From: Camelus dromedarius
Taxonomy: Eukaryota
Assembly (NCBI RefSeq): GCF_036321535.1
Contig: NC_087436.1
Coordinates: forward strand, 80,540,001-80,604,000
Direction: 5' to 3'
Length of the DNA stretch: 64,000 nt
A model generated the notes under the pieces. The model had not been told where the DNA came from and ran no database searches. It saw only the letters and a program-made list of their open reading frames with translations. Position 1 is the first letter of the stretch; the number at the start of each line of letters is the position of its first letter. A program made the position numbers and the translations under genes. Below are positions 53,310 to 64,000 of the stretch, piece by piece.

Positions 53310-53930
53310 CATTCACTCAATAAATACCAGTCTGTGCCTATTATGTCCTAGTCACCAGCCCCATAAACACAGAGGACAAATAAGATACTACATCTATCAT
53401 AGAGGAGATAACATTAAATAGCTTGGTAATACAATAAAAGTGCTTTAAGAAGGTAAATACAAGACCCTACCTGTATAGCACACAGTATCAGATTTCAAAA
53501 GAAGGAAGGGGAAGATGAGAAGCTGTTGCAGGAGGCAAGAGTGGATGTGAGTATAAATATCTACACGTAAGGAGTGAGGAAAGTATGAGAGATGACATAG
53601 GAAGGGGCTGGGGATACGAACACCAGTTGGGTAAAGAATGTGTTATACGCCATACTCTGAGCTTTATCTATAAAAGTCAGTGGGAGACACTGAGAATTTC
53701 AAAAAGCAGAGTTAGGAAAATCAGATTGCGTTCTACAAAGAGGATTCTTGCTGCAGTGTGGAAAAGGGCTCCAAAGGAGCTTTCTTTAATCCAGACAGTT
53801 AAGAGAAAATTGCAGCCTTTTAGTTTAGGTAGAATGATGGCCTGAAAAATGTTAGCAACAAGGACAAAAAGGAGTAGATGAAATCCATAGATATTAAGAT
53901 GGTATAAGAACAGAACCCTGTGACTGTACT
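53310..53930 (-). mobile_element. L2 fragment
   Basis: Starts cattcattcactcaataaata...gtgcctattatgtc. Confidence 0.65.
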
Positions 53931-55699
53931 TGAAATTAAATGTCATCAATATCTCAAACCCCTAAAAAAGGAAAATTACACTAATATAAAAATATTTCAA
54001 ACAAATAAAAGAAAAATCTTACTTGGTATATAATACCTATCTTCTAAATTTAAAAAAAAAAAAAAAACCACCAGCACATTCTGAAAATGAGAATGAATTT
54101 TAAAGTTACAACTGTCCTTAAGAAAAAGGGGCAGCTGTAAAGTCAATGTGATGAAGGCGTAAGTGGTTTTCCATAATTCTAATTCACCTAATCTAAAATC
54201 TTAAGTCATTCACAACTGATAAGCTCAACTCTTTGTATATTTCTAACATTTTTTATTGCTGATATCAAGTACAGTTCTATTTTTTCTCTTTTAAGATAAA
54301 AAGGCTAAAAGGATATTGTATTACCTCTCCTTGAGTACATGAGTCAGGTATGTCAGAATACAACACACTGTTCTTATTTGGCTCAAGAGTTCTATTTTGT
54401 TTTTCTAAGACTGCATTCAAATTCTTCAGGACTTTAGTCCCCATAAATTTTCAACCTAAGAACTGGCTCTAAGCTATAAAGTAAGCTCCTTCAGGACAGA
54501 GATCATGCCTTAAACATTCTTCTATTCCTCCCACTGAGCCCACTGCACCCAGGCTGTAGCAGAAATTCAAAACTTGTTTATTGAATGGATTTGCCCTAAA
54601 CTATATGCTAGCAGTTTCTGTTCCTACACATACCCACACATACAACTACTAAAATATTTACTGATGCGGTGATGTCTGCGATTTGTTTCAAAATAATGCA
54701 AGGGTAAGATAAGTGTGTGAAGATACAGATAAAACAAGACTGGCCATTATATAATGTTTTAAAAACCTATGAGCTCTATTAGAAAAAAGTGAAAGTAAAA
54801 TTTGAGTTATTGGGGAGGGACTATCTTTTTTATGTATTGTTTCACGGGACAGAACTGATTAATATATAACAAACTTTTAAAAATTTAAACTTAGTTTCTT
54901 AGAGGCTTTTGCCTTTAATTTATAACCCACTATTCTTGTTACAAAATATTTTTACATCATAGTTCTAAATCCCAAATAATTTATTTAAGGACTATAGTTA
55001 AAATACTCGGGGAAATAATCTTTTAAGGAGAGGGAATACAAACCTACTGGGGAAGAAAGTAACAAAAATAAAATCTGCATATCAACAGAGAAAGAAAAAT
55101 AACAGCTGATGTTCTAATTTTCTAATCTTTGTTGCAGTCTGAAAAGACGTAACATTACGTTAGATATCTGTAACATCAAAAAAGCCCAATAAACAGTCAT
55201 TCAGATCTGGTTTAATAATTAAGAGTCTGCCATTACTAGCTCCTTATTAAAAATGTTTCTCGCAAAATATCAGTATTTTCTTTTATGAAATTCCTGAAGA
55301 GTTTCATTAAATAGATTACTTCCAGAACTAAAATAAAAGTGACACTTAACATGAAATTAAAAGATCACTTAACAGACTTTGTGAATAATTGGTCTTTCTC
55401 ATTCTTTTTATTCTTTCTGTGAGCAAGTACAATTAACGTTTTTGTGTGTGTGTGTTCATGCTTTTCCCTCTAATTTCCAAAGAAAGTGCAATTTAATTAA
55501 ATAACCCCAAATTTGCTTGCTTTAATACTAATTTTCCTGGTATCCTAACTCCAAAAGAACTCATTATAAAGTTGATACTTGCAGTTCTTTCTGGAGTACT
55601 GTCAATTAAATGAAAATATTAAATGCAAAATTTGAAGATATATATTAGAAACATTTTTAAAGGCACACATTAAGAATGATAAAATAGTTAAAACATTTA

Positions 55700-57065
55700 A
55701 TATAGTAATCAAAACAACATTGTTCTGGCATAAGTATGGACATGTAGACTAAATAAACAGAATAGAGAGCACAAAAATAAACCCTCACATATATGCCCAG
55801 TTGATTTTCAACAAGGAGTTCAAGACTATTAAATGGGGAAAGGAATTAAAAAAAAAAAAAAAAGGTGATGGGAAACTGGAAACCCCACATGCAAAAAAAT
55901 GAAGTTGGACCCTTACCTTACACCACATACAAAAATAAACTTAAAATGGATCACAGACCTAATTTGAAAGCTAAAACTATGAAATTCTTACAAGAAACCC
56001 TAAGAGCAATTCTTCATGACCTTGGATTTGAAAATGATTTCTTAAAGATGACACCAAAACCACAGATATCAAAAGGAAAAAAAGATAAATTGCACTTCAT
56101 AAAAATTAAATACTTTTGTGCATCAAAGGGCACTATCAAGGGAGTGCAAAGACAACCCACAGAAAGGGGAAAATATCCACAAATCATATCTCTGAGTAGG
56201 GTTTAACATCCAGAATATATAAAGAACATCAAAAAGACAACACAATTTAAAAAACAGGCAAAGGATCTGAATAGACATTTCACCAAAGAAGATATACAGT
56301 CAATAAGCACATGAAAAAGAACGCTCAATACCATTAGTCATCAAGAAAATGCACACCAAAACCACAAATGAGAAACTGCTTCACATCCACTAGGATGGCT
56401 ATTATCAAAAAATAACACTGGCAAAGATGCGGAACCATTAGAATCCTTGTGTAGTGTTGATGATAATTTGAAATGGTACAGCTACTGTGGAAAACAGTAT
56501 GGCAGTTCCTCAAAGTTAACCATAGAGTTAACTTTATGACTCAGCAATTCCACTCCTAGGTGTATATATATGTGTACATCCAGCAGAACTGAAAGCAGAC
56601 TCTTACAGGTACTTGTACACCAATGTTCATAGCAGCAGTTTTCACAAGAGCAGAAGTTAGAAATAACCAGAGTGGTCATCAATTGATTAATGAATCAACA
56701 AAATGTATATATACGAAGTGGAATATTATTCAGCCATAAAAAGGAACAGAGTTCTGATACATGCTGCAACATAGAGCGAACCCTGAAAACATACTAAGTG
56801 AAATAAGTCAGATCGAAATATCTAGATTATGGACATTCTGTAGAGACATAAATAGAGGTTACCAAGGGCCAGGAGAAAGGAGAATGGGAAATTATTGCCT
56901 AGTGGGTAGAGTTTCTGTTTTGGGACAATAAAAAGTTCTAGAAATAGATAGTGGTTATGGTTACACAACATTTGGAATATATATAATGTCATGAAATTAT
57001 ACACTTAAAATGGTTAAAATGGTAAATTTTAGGTAATGTACTTTACCACAATTTTAAAAAATTAA
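55700..57065 (+). mobile_element. L1 (L1MB-like) ORF2 3' part and 3' UTR
   Basis: ORF 55865-56206 ([17 protein letters not shown] segment, LHDLGFENDFL, KLHFIKIKYFCASK) is an L1 ORF2 remnant. Ends acttaaaatggttaaaatggtaaatttt...taccacaatt. Confidence 0.9.
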
Positions 57066-59289
57066 AGCATTTAAGATTGAATATTATTCCTGAAACAGAA
57101 TTTAATTAGACCTAAAGCCTCTCACAACAAAAATTTCAGATCAATAGAAGCTGATACAGTACTACCTTCAAGGTATATAGCCAACATTAAAATCAAGCAT
57201 CCAATTCCACTGGCATAACTGAAAAAAAAAAAAAAAAGCTTGTAAACTAACCTAGATGAAGGGATTTTTGTTTTTATAGAAAGAACTTGGCATTAAAGAC
57301 AAGCTCAACTCAGAAACACTGCAAGGAAATAAAAGGCAAGTTCATTGCAGGCATGAAGGTTTTAGTTGTCTATTTTTACTTTGTTTCTATTTCCACATAT
57401 AGAACTCTCTCTTTAAACTTGTTTAAAAATGAGATTCCTAAGAAAAAATATGTGCATTTAAACTTAATAATCAAAACTGTAGAACTTCTTGGTAGTAGAA
57501 ACTTTAAGTGTACAGACCTCAATTAACAGGAACTGGGAGAAAATGTCTTACGTGCTTTTTGGCAAACAGCACAAAACCAGTTGCTCACTATGCTGTTTTC
57601 TAAAATCAATCAAGAATGCTGCTACTTTCAAAAACTAATAAAGAATCTCTGTTTAATAATAAACTCAATCTTGAAATCACATTTGATGTTCCCAATCCAC
57701 AATAGTAGAGCCATGTCATATATTTAGGGGTAAGATATTAATCACAAGAATATGTTTTATCGTCACGCTGGATAGCTACGAGAAAAGCATCTCTTTTGTG
57801 GACAAGCTCTAATTTTAGAAAAGGGGTGAACATTATGATAAAGTAAAGCAAAATAAACGCAAAAATGACAAGTCAGGAATTGCAAAATACATGAAAAAGG
57901 TAACATTTAGTCCATCCAGAAAAGTGCACAGAAATGGGCACAGGAAAAAGTGACTACTGACCTACGCAGCAACATTCCCCTGTGGTCATACCAGTCCTCT
58001 CCATCCACTTCTTGCCAGCAAGCTTTCTGTCTTGACATGATCACTACCACTGCTATCCTCAGTGAGAAAACGAAATCAAATGTGGACTTATGCAAATTAT
58101 TTACACTCATTAGATGAAGAAGTCACTGATTTTCCTTCCTGCCTCTGTTAAAGTTATTTTCAAAAGAATACTGATATTCTCAGCATATAGCTATTGGCAA
58201 ACGCCTGGCTGGCATCTACTTAGGGAGGAAGGAAAGCTACCTAAAACTCTAATGTACTTCAGGTAGATTTCAATGTATCAAGAATGCTGTTCCAAATAGA
58301 ATACAGGCCTTAAAAACAAAACGAAACGAAGAAATCCCAGAGCTCTTGTGATCTCTAGTCATTCTTTCAAACTAATCATGGACTCTTGATAAACTGAAAA
58401 TGAATACACTGAATTAATAAAACAATTTCCATGGAGGCCATCAAATGAAAGCAGTATAATTTCAGTTTAAAATAACTGCAGTACAAAGAAAATCCTATTA
58501 AGCAAATTAGAATTTTTCAGTGTTTTCTGTGTTATGTTCAGATTCTGGCTAGCACATGTCTGTAAGTTATGTTCTGAGATTCACTGATAAAAGATGTTTG
58601 CTGGTTCTATTCTAATAACGTTGAACCATGGAAAACATACATACAACATACAATTACATATGTATACACTAAAGAGTGTTTACTTTGACCTGACATAAAA
58701 GATGTAACTTTTAGTGTATTAGTCTACTGGACCTCTTTTGAGTTATTTCACTGATCCATGGCAACATTGTTAAGTCTCTGATCTATTATCTGTCTCACCT
58801 TTTTTCTAATCACTTCATATTTGTGGAGCTGGTGAAGTTACAGAAGCCTGAAAGGGGTCAGGGCTGGTGTCAAAATCATTGAAAAGAGGTCAGAGAGCTT
58901 GGGAGGCCGGTTGGCCAAAGCCTACAAGTCTAGTCCAAAGTTTCCTCTTTACAAAGATGATTCACAGTAACTGAAAACCTATAAATCTAGGTCATTTGGC
59001 ACAGTAGCTTTAAAAGCTACACTAAAGCTATATGATAGGTAATATAACTGTTAATCTTATGGATATTTGAAATTTTCTGCAATAAAGAGTTAAAAGTAAA
59101 ATAAACAATTGGTATATTCTACATATGAAATAGATTATTATGGTTCAGGCTCTAAAATGTAAAATTGTGGGTCAGTGAGAAATAGAGCAGAGAATTATCT
59201 CCATTTCTCTGGTATAGATGCCTACCTCATTCCTTCACTGCTAAATACGGCAAATTCATTTCAAATTCATTATGTCTTCTAACTATAAC

Positions 59290-60290
59290 TCAAAATGCCA
59301 GGGCAAAAATAGAAATTATTAATAAATTTGACTACATAATAAACTTTTAAAAAATTTTTGAATGGTGAAATGATACCATAAGCAAAATCAAAGACAAATG
59401 AAAACACTGGGAGAATATATTTCTAAATATATATTACAGATGAAGAGCTAATACTCTTAATATACAAAGATCTTAAAAACTGAAGGAAAAAAGACCAAAA
59501 ATCATAGAGAAAAATGGAAGAAGACACATAATAGATAGGCTCACCTATATATATTTGGCTTTTATAGATGAGAAAGATATAAACTCAACTCATAAGAAAA
59601 ATACATATTAAAACTACATTGCAATACTAATTCATTGCACTTTAGATCAGCAAAATTCCAAAAGCTTGACCATATACTCTCTTGATAAGGCTGTGGAAAA
59701 AGAGGCACTCTCATACATTGTTGGTGGGAAGGCAAGACAGTACAACCCCAGAGAAAGGGAATTTGGTAACATCGAGCAAAACTACATATCCATTTACCCT
59801 CTGACACAGTAAACTCACTTCCTAAATTAATCCTGAAGATATACCTCCAACAGCAGAAAAAAACATATGCACAAGCTTATTCACTGCAGCACTCTAAAAC
59901 TGCAAAATATTACCTGGATAGCCAAACACAGAAGACAGGATGAATAAACTGGTATACATACACACAGAAGAATGATGGTGATCTCATTGATATGGAATGA
60001 GAAATCAGTGTGAACTCATATTCTAAAATATACATCTGGATTCAAACATATCCATGTTACAGGAGCATAAGCCTACAAATGTGTATATGCATACATATGT
60101 GTGTATGTATAAAGATACATATTATTTTCTAGCTTTGTCCCCTCACAGGGCCCAGAAGTAAAAACACCAAGTAGCAATGTACCAACAGAGTCTCCAGGTC
60201 TTGGTTCTGACCATCATTCTGCATTCCCCACTAAAAGGACCAGGGCTCCTAGGAGAATTGACGGACTCTAAATCAAGAAGGAAGGGAAAA
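59290..60290 (+). mobile_element. Old L1 (L1MC-like) fragment
   Basis: aataaatttgactacataa...ggcactctcatacattgttggtgggaa...aaaaggaccagggctcct. Confidence 0.7.
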
Positions 60291-60431
60291 AAAACTAAAA
60301 AGAAGTACTGAAGATTAAATAAGTCTCAGCATAGTCTCCTTGTCCCACAAAAAGTTCTGTTTTAATCACCACATTGTCTTTTTACAAGTAACATTTGTCC
60401 TTTAAACTTGAATTTAAAAATCTTAAAGTTT

Positions 60432-60583
60432 CTGCTGTATAGCACAGGGAACTATGTTCAGTATCTTGTAGTAAACTTTAATGAAAAAGAATATGAAAAC
60501 AAACATATGTATGTATATGCATGCCTGGGATATTGTGCTGTACACCAGAAATTGACACACTGTGACTGTACTTTAGTAAATAA

Positions 60584-60623
<40 letters not shown>

Positions 60624-60636
60624 ATAGATAAATAGA

Positions 60637-60675
<39 letters not shown>
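60432..60675 (+). mobile_element. Young camelid-type L1 3' end with a compound (GATA)n(AAAT)n tail
   Basis: ctgctgtatagcacagggaactatgttcag...gtacaccagaaattgacacac. The tetranucleotide microsatellite spans about 60577-60675. Confidence 0.88.
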
Positions 60676-60677
<2 letters not shown>

Positions 60678-62699
60678 CTTGAGTCTGTGCTGGGGGGAGG
60701 GGGAAGAGAATGACAGAGAGGGACTATCAAAGATCAATTCAGTTTATAGATGGGTTCTTTTCTTGGATTCCTATAGGTCTAATCTAAGCATGTAAATACA
60801 AAGCTAATAGAACAGCAAGAACTTTTATATGCAACAAAGTTATTTAAGCAGTATGTAAGGAGAGTAAATTAAAGAATTAAATGATAGCCAAACATGGAAG
60901 TGTTTGACCTATCTTATATTACACTGGGAAACATGCTTAGAGATCTTTGAGCTTACATAGCTGTGTACCTCTTTAGATTTTGTAAATAATGGGAGAAGGG
61001 AAAATCATCTTAGTCTTTTGGTGAAAAGATAATCAGATTCTTAATGAAGTTCTTACCAATACATAGTGCTAATGATAGATTCTCTTGGTTGATTCCATAC
61101 ACCATTTCCCAATTCATCAAAAATTAAAATTCCAATTGGATAACATATTAATAGTCCTTAACTCTCTAAGTTAGATATTGTTTCTTACTGTCAAACTGCA
61201 AAACTTTATAAAAGAACAAAGATAAACTGATTAAAGAATTTTTAAAATAAAACAAATTCCTACATCAAAAAGCAAAAGCATCCAGGCTATAACTACTCAC
61301 CTAGCCCTGCTGATTTTAGTTCACAGCCCTGAGAGATCAATAAATCATTTTACAATACACAAAAGCATAAGTAATTACAAAATGTTTTCACTTATTCTAT
61401 TTCCTTAAGAAGCAGACTCCTTCAATGTTATTTTACAGCATTTGCAAAATATTTCTTAGGAAACTGTCACTGCAGAGATTTCTTCAATGTAAAATAAATG
61501 GGAATAACTAAATGCTATATTCATATTCTATTTCCTAGGCATTAGCTAGGTTTCCTGTACAGGACTTAATTCTGCACAAAGGGATTTCTCATTTATATGA
61601 CCATTTAACAGGATCCTCCCAATAATCCTGTGGGAAGAAAACCAATGTATGTCAAGTACCTACAATATTTCAGGCTCCACATTCAGCACTGTACATAAAC
61701 TATCTCTTTAGTTCTAATAATAATCATATGAAGTTGATATTATTAATCCTAAAGAGAACACAAAGAATAAGAGCAGCAGCCAAGGTCACATGCTAGTAAC
61801 GAGATGAACCAGCATGCTTTAGCAACAGGTTTGCCTACTCCAAAGCCTCCACTCTTTCCCTTACACCACACTGCTTCATCACCACAGAGGAGGAAACAGT
61901 CAGATGCTAAGGTGCTCAAGCAAGACACTTAGCTAACACATGGTAAAACAAGATTTCAGCCTTAGATTTCTAACTCTGAAACTCTTCTCACTACAGTATG
62001 TAGGCACTCCCCACTTCAGTACCTACACAGTCATTCTAATACATAGGGATATAGCCAGAGTATAGAATTATGGCTCCTTAATTTTCCCACGAAAATTTGC
62101 AAGAAGCAATACACAATATACTAATGACATCTCTACTTCCGTAGGAAACCTCAGAACATACAAAAGGACTAAGGCACACAACCTTTGTAGCTTTTCCAAT
62201 AGCAGTTAAGCTGACCTGGGCTCACTGCGTCTCCAGTCAGTGAAGAAAATTCAAAGATTTCTTCATCTGTTCAACTGCTCAACCCGAAATTGAACACCTA
62301 ACCCTCTAGGTGCTGTGGACTGTGACCTTCCAATCCTCTCCTGTCTTTATCAAGTAACTACCTGACACCACCCCTCAGTGCCTAATGCAGTCCCTTTAAC
62401 ATCTTTCTTTCCTGTTCTTTCCCCATTGCAGCTCAATTAACCTGAGAGAAACCTTTCTTTACTCTCATCTGTTAACCTCAACCCAAGTAATAACTACTTC
62501 CAGTCACTATTCAACTTACCTAGAAATTTTTTTTATATACCTCATGGAGCTTCCCGCTCCTGGACAGAAGTATTTCCCAGCTTCACTGGACAGATACAAG
62601 GAAGAAACACATGCGGGATTTGGATTTCAACAAAAAGATTGTTCTGAACGCTCCTCAAAAGGTTACTATCATTAAAAAAGAAAAGAAGGAAAAAAAAAC

Positions 62700-63160
62700 A
62701 AAAATGATGGGGAAATTAATCTTGTTTTTAAAATAATAAAAAGACATAAGAAATGTAATGTATAGACTTTAAACAGATTTGTTTGAAAAAAGCTATAAAA
62801 GAGATCTCGGAGACAACTGGAGCATTTGGATACGAACTAGACTTAAAATGACAGTATGGAAGTTCTGTTATCTTCTAATATATGATAATGATACGGTGGT
62901 CATGGAGAAGAAGGTCCTTATTTCTAGGAGGTACGAGTTGAAGTATTTACAAGCGAAGTGTCATGATGGTTCAAATTACCTTCTAGCGGTTCAGCGATGT
63001 CACACCTCCTCCTTGAAATGTATATAAACACAATGAGACTGCATGTGGTGAAATACTGGTGACTGTTGACTCAGGATTAAAGGGATGTGGATGTACACTG
63101 TATTATTCATTAAGCTTTTCTATATGTTTTGAATTTTCAAAACGCAAAGTCTGGTTTAAA
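62700..63160 (+). mobile_element. Ancient L1 3' UTR fragment
   Basis: gaagaaggtccttatttctaggag...tgaagtattta...gatgtacactgtattatt...cttttctatatgttttgaattttc. Confidence 0.6.
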
Positions 63161-64000
63161 AAAAGAGGGATGAAACTATTGGGCAGTCTCCACTTGTTTT
63201 TAGATTCCTAGTATTTTCGTTAGAGCAGAAATAAGAAACTTTCCACTCGTCTACAAAAGGCTAACTGCTAAATCGCAGAATGGGTTACTACTCTAGCCAG
63301 GTTGTGAAGAGGAAAAGATATACAAAACTATAACTCCTTCTTTTTCCTCTAAAAACAAATGTATTTTACATCGCCAATATTTTAAACATAAAACCTATAA
63401 TTTTCTCATGTTATCAAGGATGAAAATTTGTGGTTATACTGCACAAATCTTTCCTTAACCCACGGAGTTTACAGTCTCCATTAGAACATCTTATATCAAG
63501 GTAAATTAATGGTAAAGGAGCAAAGTATAAATTTTTAAATAAAATCTGTGAATTATCTGCATATATCTTACATAATCTTAAAGATCTTCTACTTTCTGTT
63601 AATTCTGTGTATAGATACTTTTTAATTCTTAAACAGTCCAATTATTCTCAGAGACCCAGCTCTTTGGCAAGTAAGGCAGAAAGGAGTGTAATGAACCAAA
63701 AGATAATGTAAAAAGGATGGATAACGCCACCACATTTTTTGCTGGAATACATGTCAAAGACTTTAAAATTTGTAAGGACGTATGCTTCTTCAAAATTCAG
63801 CTATAAGGGATGACTGAAAAATTCATTAATTTAATCAACGGGCAATTTTCCACTATTAAATTAGACTTAAAATTTCCCATTCCAGATTTGTAAACTGTGA
63901 GTTGTGGAAAATTAGTTTGCCACAAAAATCTCTATACTCACAAAGGTAAGAAAAAGCAAAGAGCTAACTTAAATCAATAACCCTGAAATGTATCAAAACT

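Overview
This is mammalian, AT-rich, repeat-dense genomic DNA, not prokaryotic. It is very probably from a camelid, based on three tRNA-Ala-derived SINE copies and young L1 3' ends of the camelid type. The window covers the 5' part of WDFY3 (ALFY, BEACH/WD40/FYVE selective-autophagy scaffold) on the minus strand. The start-codon exon is at 19661-19871 (CDS 19661-19840) and the next coding exon is at 8311-8434. Reading the intron directly reveals a further 54-nt, frame-preserving cassette exon candidate at 1218-1271 (adds EKQCAPLSAKDFKGTTPS), which the ORF track does not show. It is flanked by RBFOX and QKI motifs, an RNA G-quadruplex motif and a set of mutually exclusive hairpins. The rest is intron filled with L1, HAL1, L2, MIR, MaLR/ERVL LTRs, hAT and Tc-Mariner fossils, and microsatellites. 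Most listed ORFs are chance ORFs or L1 remnants. I could not place the upstream non-coding exons. Repeat subfamily names come from recalled consensus similarity, and the boundaries of old repeats are approximate.
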